A DNA stretch of 64,000 bases from Ascidiella aspersa. Taxonomy: Eukaryota. The stretch lies in NCBI GenBank assembly GCA_963924565.1, contig OZ004615.1:18724001-18788000 (forward strand), given 5' to 3'. The position numbers and the translations under genes were made by a program. The notes beneath the pieces are model-generated. The model saw nothing but the letters and a program-made list of their open reading frames with translations. It was not told where the DNA came from and did no database searches. Shown here piece after piece: positions 11,580 to 24,000 of the stretch (its first letter is position 1; the number at the start of each line of letters is the position of its first letter).

Positions 11580-13474
11580 AACCAGAAACAGGTAAAAAAC
11601 GCACGAGAGTCGCGTTTATAGCTTTTTAATCTAAAAATGTTAAAATGACCTCATAGGATATTCTCTGCCTTCCCCTTTGAATAAATTTTTCCAGTCGTCT
11701 AGAGTTTTTCTACGTTTTTTCTAAGTTTTTTTAGGCGCGTAAAATACCACGATCATTTAAAGCTCGGGTGTCAACTATTTGCGAATCGAAGCTCGCCCAC
11801 ACAAATTACCGCGCGATTTATTTCCGTATAAAGAGCGCTATGACAATTATGGAATTGAACAGACCATGCATTGATCGACGGCTACAATACAAAGCTTTAT
11901 TGTGAGCGATTACAATTGTAAAATTAAACTTAATTTTAAGTGACTTCCATACTATACATTAATCATCCCTTTTTACGAAAATTTTGAATTCACAGCAAAA
12001 GAAAACTAAATTGCCTAAACTACAAAAGTTATGTTCATTTAGATTTAATATATTTTGCAGATTAAACCCTATTTTAGTTGGCGCCATAGTGCATTAATCA
12101 TCGCTTTTAACAAACACTCTGTATTCACCGCGACATTAAAAGCTTTAGTAAATTGCCTAAAACTGCGAAAGCAACGTTCACCTAAAACAATTTGCAACTT
12201 CGCTATATACATGACCGGTCGACCGGTCGATCTCTCTTGGTTTTTGACTGCAGTTTGTTTAAATATTTAAGAAAGCACTTGTGAGTTTTTTGCCACTGCT
12301 TGAGTCGATACCAACTTAGTATGACCGCTTGAATTATATCCTTCATTTTACCCTTTGTGCTTATATATTTTGCAACAGTTGTCGTAATCTCTTCTGAAAT
12401 CGCAAAACGCCGCGCAAACACGCTTTAAATTTCTTCCTTGTATTTGATTAGAACCAGGCAACGTCTTAACTGCGCAGTCCGCACTTTACCTTTGCCCTAA
12501 TTAAATCTCATATTTTATATATCGGTCTCCATAATGCGATCGCGCCACATTTTATCATGTTTGTTACAAAACTCACAAATTGCTGTGATGCCTCTACAAC
12601 GCTTGCCTCCATGTCTCCTGGGAATTTACAAAACGCCATGAAAACCACGCTTTAAAACTCTTCCTTCTGAACTGTATTTCAGCAGAACCAAGCAACGTCT
12701 GAACTGTGTGCATATAACCTTTGCCCTAACTAAACTTTGATGAAAATTGCAATACGCGAAGCTTACCACGCTTTTAAAAATCCATTTTTCTAATTTATAG
12801 GCCAAACTGCGCCCACGCCGTATTTCAGCAATATTGCACAACTTTTGAATTGCGCATGTGTCTTCGACAACACCTCTCGTAACCTCTGACGAAATTGCAA
12901 TTCGTGAAGAAACTATATCATCAGCCGCCGAACCGCGCACTGTCTGTTCCAACTCGTCACCACGCCTTTATACATATAGCTGCAAGCGAACTAGCATCAG
13001 GCGAGTTTTTCGCGCAAAAAGTCGGAAAACACGCGCCGCTCAATTTTGGCAACGCGCGAGGCGAACGTCTTCGCGGTCTGTCGATTGTGACGTCACGAAG
13101 GACGCTGAGAATCGCCCCTTCTGCCGGCCGGAGTCTAGACACTGCGTCTGTGCCCCGATAAACTTCTTCGTTTCACGTCATCGTCATTAACTGCGGTGTT
13201 TTTTAGGTCCCGGTCGGTTATCACACGCAAGCATTACATGGTGCAGCAAAAATAAAGCGAAATATTGTTGAAGTATGAAATAACTAGTGCTAAAATTGAA
13301 CCGTTGCACTGGAATAGTTAAACGCAATTGAACTTTATGGCTCAATTAAATTACTTTTCCACATTAATGTATTTCCAGAAGCCAGTTAAAATTTTGAAAG
13401 CCTTTCTTCGTATTATAAAATTTGAGTTACCCTTGTATTTTATGTACCTTACACAACCCTTGGTTCGTTCTTGC

Positions 13475-13625
13475 ATTTGGATGCAATTAAATTTGGATGC
13501 AATTAAATTTGGATGCAATTAAATTTGGATGCAATTAAATTTGGATGCAATTAAATTTAGATGCAATTAAATTTGGATGCAATTAAGTTTGGATGCAATT
13601 TTAAATAATTTGGATTGCAATTAAA
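13475..13625 (+). repeat. 16-bp minisatellite (ATTTGGATGCAATTAA), about 8-9 copies
   Basis: Read directly; mostly perfect units. Confidence 0.95.
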
Positions 13626-16600
13626 GTCTATTCGCTAGTTAAATTTCGAATGTTTAATTTCAGAGCATTTTGTTTGAGTAAACCTAAAAATCCTTTCTAT
13701 TTTATCCATAGATTAGCATTCACTTTGTCCACGCCTTTCATTCAGATCCAAATTCACGAAACTGACTCACGCTTCCGTACCGAAAATCTACGAAACCGGA
13801 CACCAACGTCCTATCGTAATCCAAATCGAATCGCATCCTCTTTACCAGCACAAGGGGTGGCGAAAATCCTAACAACTTTATAAGTGCGGAAAAGCACCTT
13901 GGCTTGGTCGAGTTGAACGGCAAATGACATCATCGTTTTATCGTATTGAGTTCACACGTCACTTTTCTAACGTTTGCTGGCATTCCGGTTTCCTTTGACC
14001 AGTCACGGATTCGGAGATATCGCTTAAAATAAACCTGTGGTGTCATTCAGTGTGGTGACAACTATACTAATGACACGAGTCATTTAAACACTAAAAACAT
14101 TGGGTCCACTTCTCTCCCGCTTTGCTTATATTATGTTCCAGAACCGGATTATGACTGCAGCAGAAAGTTGGATGAGACAAAACACAGATATGTTTAGCGT
14201 AAAATTAACAAGATTGAAAAATATCTCCTGTTTGGTTTAAAATGCAAATTAAAGTTAGATTTAAAGGGTGACGTGACGCATTTAGCACAGATCACAATGC
14301 TCAAAATATTGGCATTTGTCAAGTTGTGGGCGCCGTTGACCCAACAACTGCCACCAAAAAAAAGCAAAAAAAAGTAGGTTGAAAACAACCCGAGTCCAAA
14401 TCTAGGCCGACTCCGGCTGCGCTCAATTTGAGGATTCTGTCGAGTCCTGGTTCGCCTTCGACTTTACAGCCTACACAATCAACAAAAGGATATACACTAT
14501 AACAAGAGAGGGCCATATAACTCATCCAAACAATACGTGGTTGGCAAATATTCATCTATATGACTTAACCTTTACAATTTACGATATGTCGCGAAATGCC
14601 ACGGCATGCATGCCGCGGTATACGAAACGCTTTTTGTCTGTAACGATGCCAAATACAGTTACACATGTAAGAAAGACAGATGAGATTTGCGCGAAGCTCG
14701 AAACGATTTCGATTTTAGTATTAAAAACAGGCGAAAAATAGTTTTGCGGGGATATGGATCCGTGCCCTGGAAAGAGTGGGTTATATATATATGTTACAAT
14801 CAAACACATAAAAGTCGCGTTTGTTTTCACTAATGTGACTCACCGACATACTGAATATTTTATTGAATAACAGGCTTGGATAGAATTGCAAAAGTGTTGC
14901 CAAATTAGCGTAACAAATATCGAAAAATGTGTTTTAGGGAAAATAAGCCGCGGGCCAGATTAAATTGCTTGGTTGGCTGTATTTTACTCATGGGCTGGTC
15001 TATGCCCTGTTTTAGGTAATTTAAAAACGCGTCGCTTTGTTGCGATAAACTATAATAAACGGAGAGTGAGTTTCGATAAAAGATGGCAATGGTGCTTTAA
15101 ATGTTGTTGGGTTACAACTTATTAAAATCTAGGCTTTATAATACCAGTTTCCCTCATATTGCTCAAAGTTCATAAAGGCCCTGTTGTCATTTTGCCCATT
15201 TGACCACTCTTTTTCGTACTTTTTTGCCGATTAGGATCTTGAAAATGTCACGGGTTATCGTAGTCGCTTCTCGGAAAACGTAATATTAAAGTGTTCTTTT
15301 TGACTTTGACGTGCCGTTTTGGCGGTTACGCCTGTATGACATTATGTGTTAAAGAACTATTATGAGAATTGACAGAACAGAGACCGTATTGTGCTATGCC
15401 CGGTAGCAACAGTGTAATTATTTAAACCTATTTATAATGTTGGTCAGTCATCGACAAAGCGGCAATCTTAATGTACCAAGATATCGCAAAGCCGTTTCGT
15501 TTCTTCTCAATAGCGAATTCGACTTTGTGCAATTTTGATTTATCCTTTAAAATATTTCAAACCGTCAAAAAAACCCAAGGCAAACAATTCTCACGACTGC
15601 GACCCTCGAGTACGTTTGGTACAAACGTGACCTTTAAAAAATGTCAAAACATCACGGTTTCGTAAACTTTTTCTTCGATTTTCAGGTCGCATCTTGACCC
15701 GACACAGCTGTTTTGCTTAAATACGAACCCTGTATGCAAATTATGGGAATTTTGACAACATGTATATTTTCGTAAAGCGCAACTTTGGTCAACAAGTAAA
15801 CTATTTCAGTTGAACAGAATTGTCCCACATAAAAACCATTTAAACGAAACAGAAATTCGGTTATTACAGTTTACGTCTGTTTGGTTCCATTACCTTAGTA
15901 TTTAGTCGTAACTTTGTTGACAGTCTCTGGTGTTTAAAATCAGACGACTAGACTACATGCAAGCAGTGCGTAAAGGGCAGATTTGTGATATCACAGTAAA
16001 CTAGATCGACCACCGAGTTAGCACAATAACAAAAACCTTTCTAGGCCGCCGCAATTTGTCTAATCCGGACAGGAGAAAATCTCCGCAAACCGTCTCGTAG
16101 TATATTTTAGGTAGGCAATCGGTGACTACTGAAAGGACGCAAGTCGGCGACGACTCAAAAAACGTTTTAGCACACAAGTTTTCCAGCTTGATCGATTTGC
16201 TTTCTAGACTGAGGTTATCGAACTCATCCATAAGATAGGTGTTCAGGAGAATTGATTTTTTTGTGTATAGAAGTTTCGAAAGTTAACAAAAATATTTGTC
16301 TACTCAAACAAGCTATATCACAAACTGTGTCCAGGTCCGCGCGTTATAAAAGTATTTGCGTTTGTTATTGCGAAGTCAGTAGGTTAAAAAGAGTGTTGCG
16401 CTCCCGACATTAAACAAAAAATAGTGTTGAAACTGTCCTACAGATATTGGTGACTTCAAAATGACAAAGCTTACAGAAAACAAAATTGAAAAACAATTTT
16501 GCCAATTGCTTTTCTGGTATTTTAGTTCTAGTTGCTAGCAAGTTTACTTGGCTTGCATTTTGACTGTCTGTCCGTCCTTCTGTCTGATACAAAAGCTTAA

Positions 16601-18999
16601 GTTTCATTTTGCCTCGGTAAAATGTATACCAGCGACCAACGCCATAACTTTGCTACAACCAAGTACGACCTACACATACAACTTGAAAATGCAACGATGT
16701 CTGTTACGTTCTCGTACTCATGAAAAACCACGTCGATAATCATACGCTTTGCGTTCATAGATGCACAAAGTTCGACATTCTTGTTGTCTTAACGTCCCCA
16801 TTGTTTCCTGTGATGCGTGACGTACAAAAGCCCCGAAACCGATTTCTGCTTCAGCATTGTTATCGGATGACGAACAGAACTTTTAATCAGGCGGCGCCTT
16901 ACGGGAACTTTGCATTTGCATTGAACTGCGGGCGCTGTACACCCTCTGTTTATACCAGAAATTACACAGAAATTACTTTAATTCAAAAATAACCACAAAG
17001 GTCTGAAAATATTTTTAACAAATTTTGATTGAAAACTCAAAACACTGCACTTAGGCAAACGTGGCATCATTAGTTTCTGGTAAAAAGTATGCTAACATTA
17101 TCTACCCTGAAAAATAAAACTTAAGTTTTGTCACTTGATCTAAGTTTTTTCATTGCTCACCTCGTATTTATTAATTAATTATCCTTCCAAATAAACATAA
17201 AAATTAGCGGTTATAAAGTAGCAGTAAACCGAAGCAATTTAAAACGTAAACATATGGCATTTTAACTAAAATGGATATTATTCCATTAAACTTAAAATTA
17301 ACTTATAAACAGCTCCTAGAAAATTACCGCTTTTACCGTGTAACAAATAGGGATAAACGCGCACCTTTCGGGGTCAAATTGTTGCGACTGCACATATAGT
17401 AAAAGGCTCTCCAATTTCAGGGGGATTTCACTAAAGTCCGTGGTTCAAAAGATTTATATCCGACATTCAAAAAGGGTATTTTCCAAGCAACTACACACTC
17501 ATGTCAAACAGATTACCGGAATTTAAGGATCTCTTATTGTATGCGGTAGCTTTATGAGGGGCCAAGTTTATGGGTAGTTGTGCAAGATTGGCCTTTTAAT
17601 TATGAGCAGTATGCAACAGTACAAGTCAACCAGTCCTTTAACGACTAAGCTTGTTCATTTTACGGAATTTCGCAATTTTTAAAATAGCAAATCAGGCTGT
17701 AAAATAGCACAGGCTCACAATTGCCCAGTAAACGCCGTTTGTTGTGCTGCAACTTAAAACGTTCACATTATACATTTTAGAATTTAATTTTAGAGCCTTG
17801 TCATGTTAGCACTGCGATCCTTTAAATCAGAAGTTTTTATAGAAGAAGTTTGTTGGACTTGCGTCGCACCAAAAGTTTTTTCACTAATTTTGACTAAATT
17901 TTTTCTCGAGTTTAGATACGAAAGTAATGAAAATCTGCGACATTTTCATGACTAGACTAGGCCTACGTGTAATACTGCTCTTCTACAAAATTACAAATCA
18001 TTTCGCGCCACACTTGAGAACTTCTCGAAGCACAAAGTTTGTGAAATATTTGGCTAAGGCTTAGTTTCGAATCTTACCACAAGACCGGGCCTGGTCCACA
18101 AATATTTTCAGCCTAAAGCCGCTGTGCATTAGGATATGTTTAACCTACAGACTAATCGCATCTACACATTGCAATTTCTCTAAAAATATAAAATTGTGGA
18201 ATTAGGCGCCTATATAAACGTATGCGGATATTTTGTCTGTTCAATGCCTTTCGTCTTCTTTTCAATTTAAACAAAATAATCGTAATTGTTTTGCAATTCA
18301 CATAAAGTTGTAACGTCATGCTATGACGTCATCTTTAAAATTTCCATGCCTCTCTAAACAAAAATCCTGAATTTTCCCTTGCCACATAGTGCCATTTAGC
18401 ATTGTATCCTAGCCTATTTCAAGCATTCAAAAATAATGATCATTTTGTATGTTTTCCTCGGTTCTCGTTGTAGCAATAATGTATAGACTACTTGTCTCAA
18501 GCGTTAAGTGAATACTAAACATCTGAAACTTGTTTCTTATAGTGTTGTTCGTACATATAGGCTACAGTCGCGATCGTACGTAAGAATTTTAATATTTTAT
18601 TTGAAAATAAGAGTTATTTGAAAGTCGACGTTTTCCGTAAAAAAACACAATTTAGACAAGTAACCGGCCTGTAGGTTCATATTTTTCCAGGTGTTGGCTT
18701 GCAGTTCTTACTTGTTATATTGACATTATTGTAGGTTTTTCAATGACGTAACTATATGCTATCTGTTCTCTTCCTTGCTACGACAAACTAAGTTTAAGTC
18801 TCTCATTTAGCCTAAGTTGTAACAAATTTTCATTACTGATCATTTGTTGATTGTTGAAGAGCGGTTCGTGATAAAATTTAGGTTTTAAATCGGTCCTCGG
18901 TGTAAAAAAACGCTGCCGGGCCATTATTTATAGTTTATTCCACTGCTCTTCAACCGGTGTGCAGTGTGCGGTTGCACCAAAATATGCATGGAGTGCACC

Positions 19000-20081
19000 C
19001 ATGGGCGCCCGCGCGGAGGGGCAAGGAGGGGGCACTTGCCCCCCTGGAATTTCAAAATGCGATTATTAGTATTAAGTGTTATATGTATCACTTATGAAGG
19101 TTAACAATATTATACATCATCCATCGCCCCCAGTGGCGTATCCAGGGGGGTGGGAGTTATTACCCGCTCTTTTTGTAAGTGATATTATCGTTTTTTGTTC
19201 GGATAGTTTTTCTCTTTCGTTATTTGTTTAGGTTGACTAATTAGCAAGGGTGTATTCGACAACTGACAACGCTAAGTCAAACCTTCTTTCTTTTTTCTTG
19301 CTAAAAAACGTCAAATTAGGCGCAGTATGTTGATGTTCCTCGCTGTTCGGTCTCTGCGCTAATATCCGATGTTGGTGTAACATCGACATTTGTTTAACTG
19401 AAGCAGATTCTTAAAAGAAGGTATAATGGAGACTGTCGTGCGCGTTTCAAAGTCTTCACTTTTATGTAATGATGGTTAATGCAAAATTATGCTCTTTAAG
19501 CATATTTTGAGACCACGGGCTAAGTGTGCAATGGACAAAACTTTTTTCCCCTTAACCACAGCTTGTAATTTAGCTGACTTAGCACAGCTCGGCGCAATTG
19601 TTGCGCTAAATGTGACAAGATAACACCCGGGAAAACCGATCTTCGTTTAGTATTGCATGTGGTGAAAGGCGTGCTTGTAATTTAGCGCTAGTTCCGTTCA
19701 TGGAACTTAAAAACTGCGCTTCTGATAGTCGAATTATGTATGATTCTACCACAATTAATCACATGTAATTCACGGTCTTGGTTTATTTTTCGCATGAAGT
19801 TAACTATTGCACACTGTGGTTTCGCAGCTGACAGGATTGTTAACGACGCACGTGGTCGCTTTTGCTGATCGTATTTGGCTGTTTCTGATTAGTTTTCTTA
19901 TGACGTCTTGCAATCACCATTCTATGACGTCATACTGTCACTGTTTTATAACGTCATTATTCATTAACGTCAGACGAAAAATAGGTGAATTCCCTAAGTT
20001 GAAAATTCATGACCCTCCTTTTTGATTTTCTGGTTACGTCCTTGATTGCCCCCCCTGGAAAATTTTCTACGGGCGCCCCTG
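19000..20081. mobile_element. hAT-type MITE, middle element
   Basis: TIRs catgggcgcccgc / acgggcgcccctg; TSD agtgcacc / ggtgcacc; subterminal gcccccctggaa motifs. Confidence 0.85.
19131..20044. mobile_element. hAT-type MITE, inner element
   Basis: TIRs cagtggcgtatccag / ctggttacgtccttg; TSD atcgcccc / attgcccc. Confidence 0.8.
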
Positions 20082-21014
20082 GGTGCACCAGTATGAAAAG
20101 GTATACAAGGGTGCTTCACAAACTTTTATTGAACCATTAATATTTGACTTTTCAAGTTTGTCTGAATGCTTTTTTATGACATGCAATAGTATCGCAAGCA
20201 GCCTGCAGCATAATCGAACTCTCATCGACAGTGTTCTGCAGCTCCGCTCGGTTTAATTGACATGATGATATTGATTTTGCATATCGCTTTTTTTACCTCA
20301 GTTTACCTTTTAAATAAACAGGTTGCATGATTTCGTCACAAGAACTTTGAGGGTTCACCAAAACAAAAAAGGTCGAAAAGCACTGGTTTGTACAACCACG
20401 GCCCTAGCCATTGACACATAGTGCTCTTTAGTGGCAGTTAATATATCAAGCGTTAAACGCTAACGGCAGCAGAGAGCAATTTGTTTTTCCTATAGCGTTT
20501 TTCTTTTTTTAATCAGTTCTTTGAATGCGTTGCTGGGTTTGGGATTGGTTCAGCATGTGACTGCCGGCTGTGAAGTGATTCAACGTGAGAAAATAGCTAA
20601 ACCTTAAACCCTTATTTGGAATTATTATAATGCTTTTAGCGGGCCAGGTAGTCGCTGTTTTATTGAAATATAGAAACATGAAATTTAAGTATTTTGTGTC
20701 AATGAAATCGGTTTTATTCGTTTATTGGTAGAATCGTTTTCTTGTTCAATCATAACTTTTTAACAATGTAGTAATATATATATATATATGTTCAATTTCA
20801 AGGTCAAAGAGTGTTTAAGCTGTAACTTTTTTTAAATCCTGATAGCTGAAAATTGATACCCCCTTTTTACTAGCAGAAAGAGTTTTGGGAAATGGATTTT
20901 ATGTGCCCTCGAATTGAGTAGTTTTTCAAAAAGTTTCTGACCAGTCAAATCAAAGCAAGTGGATTATTTGTGATCAACATTGCCTGGTCTTGTTTTTAAC
21001 TTTTAAATCTCAAC

Positions 21015-21099
21015 ATGTCGAGCCCACAAGTTAACTATGTGAGCATTCCGTTGGAGGTGAAAGCAAAGCTTGCTGAACTGGATATTGAAATCTCAGAAG
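21015..21099 (+). CDS. DIP2: DIP2 coding exon 1 (DMAP1-binding domain)
   Basis: caacATG start, MSSPQVNYVSIPLEVKAKLAELDIEISEG|gtaatt. Confidence 0.93.
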
Positions 21100-24000
21100 G
21101 TAATTTTTTTTATAATTACTACTTGCTGAAAACTTAGGTTAAGTAATATTATTAAATATAAATATATTAATAGTTAACCCACTCACACCCAAATGTTAAC
21201 CCGCACCCTAACCAAAAAATTGTGCGTTGATGTAATAATTGTTTGAAAGCTGTGGTAGGATTCTAGACCAGCACCACTTTGGTAAATAACAATTACTTTT
21301 TTAGACATGGCATGATAGGCAGATGGGCAACAAAACGCCACAAAACTAAGAAATCATTTTTAAATCATGTGACCCCATTTAAAACCGCAATACAGGTGTT
21401 TTAACTTTTTTAATAAAAGCCCCTAAAAAATATTTTGGTTCGCATGGACCATAGTCAGCTACATTTTTTTGAGATGATCTCAAAAATTAAAGTCATAAAC
21501 CAAGTAAAATTAGCAGACCTTCATGAACCCCCCAAAACTTGTACACGTACCCTAGTTTAAGAATGCCTGCCTTACAATATTGTCTTGATTTGATCTAAAA
21601 AAAATTCTTTGATTTTTTCCAAGTTTGCCCGTGTTAAACCTTGGACACATCACACAGAGCATCTATTTTTATCAAATGTAATACGAGCTTCAAATCACAT
21701 ATGATATTCAGCTGCTATTAATTATTATTGAAAATCTTTAAATAGAACTTTTAGCTGCTTCGAAATTTGAAATAATGTTGAATGCTTTTTTATGTAAGAG
21801 TACTTTATACTTCCATTAAGTATTTCTGTTTCTTATGTAAACTGATATATAACAAAACAAATTTAATAATATGCCTTGAGGCATTAGAACACATCTTCAA
21901 ATCACATAACTCTTTTATGTTCTCATTTTATGCGGTGTAACTGTTAACCTCTATATAAACTGTATTGTGGAATAATTTGATTTAAAAAGTAATAAAATCT
22001 GTTAATTTTACAGTTTTAAACAAACAACATACCACATTTTCTTGTTTTTAGACAAAAGCAAATCTGTTTAACTGCTATCTTTGTTGTTTTGTTTATGTGC
22101 GCTCATTGAATACGTTTACGTATTATATTTGAAAAGTTTTCCAAATTAAAATGATGAAAGTGTTATGATGTGCTTATTGCCTTTAACTAGGAAAGTTTAA
22201 TTGTTTGTTTAAAATTAAACTTAAACCCGATGCCCCTCAGTCAGACCAAAAGGTTAAAAATTTGTGTATGACTTGTTGATGGTTTAGGATAATTTTACTC
22301 AGTTTGTTGCACACAAGGAGGTTGATGTGTTGCCATTTTTTTCAGCTTGTCAAGGGAAATTCAATTTCCAGTGCACTTTCCTGTTTTAAAAACCAATATT
22401 GTATTTTCTAAAAAACTGTAGTTTGTTTGTAAATCGGTACAACATTTACCCTTTAAGTAAATTGATCTGTTATACAACAGCCTCTGAATGCAAAAACAAA
22501 AGCAAACACAGACATATTACAAATAAATGCTGCAACCAGGCATATTTTTACCTGTCAGCTATTGTGTAAACAAACATTTACCTGTCAGCTATTGTGTAAA
22601 CAAACTAATGTTAAACCACTTTGCAATTATAAAACACCATTGTTTTTGAAGGTATAAATAATAATATTGTTTTAAATGTTTGTTTATTTTTTGCCAATGT
22701 TAACTGTCAAGTTTACATGTTTGCAAATAGTTTTATTTGAAATTAAAATAACAAACATAAAGGGGTGTTTTTTTGACATAACTTTTACCAAAAACATAAA
22801 CAAAAAGAAATAATATAGATATAATTTTAGTGACATTAATAAACAACCTTTGTACAATTGGACATGTTCACTCAACTTTGGTGTATTTTGAAGAAATAAT
22901 AATTGCTCCACCCTTAATTAATTACTCCAACTACTTTAAACTCACTGAATGTCACATTAAACTTGTAAAAACTACAGGGAAAGAATATTGACAGCTATAA
23001 AAGAGAATTAATTAATATTTCATAAAAAAACTTTAAGGAAATATTAACTGAGTGACAATTATTGCATCAAACTTTTTTGGGATTAGGTTTTTAATGGGCC
23101 TCTAGAAGGGTCTTAGCTACGAGCATTTTATTTTATTTTTACACTATTACAATCGGCATTGAGAACGCAGCTTTTGCGATTTCGTCTAATGCAGCACGTC
23201 ATACAAAAAGCACCCGGTCTCGATTTTGTCAATGGCCGTCGCCACCAACCCTTGCGGCAGCGCCAATAAAATCAATACGCAATCGGCTGATTGGCGTCCG
23301 CGGTGCTACCGACTTCGCCGTCCCGCCAATTTGAATCGGCCGATTCGATTCGAGACGTGACATCATCACCAGCCGGTAGAAGCGCTGACGTATTTTATCG
23401 ATTGACGGGCACCTTTGCTCGTAATTTCTGGCGTCTCTTGCCCTGCCGACAACTCACCTTCACCTATCACCATTTTCAAGCTGCCACGTAATTGCTATGC
23501 GCTGTAAATTCTCGGCGCAGTTTTTTTCGATTGTTTCGACGCGAATACAATTTAGATGTAATTTTAAATCAGTAGTCGATAAAATGAAAATCAGTATTTG
23601 TTGAAATGCTTTAAATTGTCGGTGATTTCGGGCCGTTTTTCAACAATGTTTTTTTGACAACTATCCGATGCTTTAAATGAAAAATCCGTTAAAAATAAAG
23701 CCTCTAAGACTTTTCTACTTGATTTTCGTGTATTTTCTTTTCCAGAATCTGCCATGGGAAGAGTTTTACTTCCAAACACAAATAAGCTTTTAAATTGCGC
23801 GCCATCACAAATCAGCTTTTAGATTTACGATAAAACACCTCAACAGGCAACAGGCATTTAAATTTCCCCGAAAAGTCTCGTTTGTGTCAGATTCTCCCGT
23901 CTATTGTTGCTGGATTTACGGCATGACCGCACCTTATTCTGTTTATTATCCCTCCGTTGGCGCAATAGCACGATTGATTGTAGGAGCCCTAATCCTTGTT

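Larger units (their letters stand above)
18941..20385. mobile_element. hAT-type MITE, outer element of a nested triplet
   Basis: TIRs cactgctcttcaacc / ggtcgaaaagcactg; degenerate TSD gtttattc / gtttgtac. Confidence 0.7.

Noticed and set aside
20450-21014. Non-coding DIP2 first exon and 5' UTR intron (donor near 20647)
   Set aside because: Plausible, but several alternative acceptors exist; it cannot be fixed without transcript data.
23458-23473. Minus-strand ATGGTGATAGGTGAAG|gtgagt mini exon
   Set aside because: No partner exon identified; splicing to nvd is unsupported because the phase does not match exon 2.
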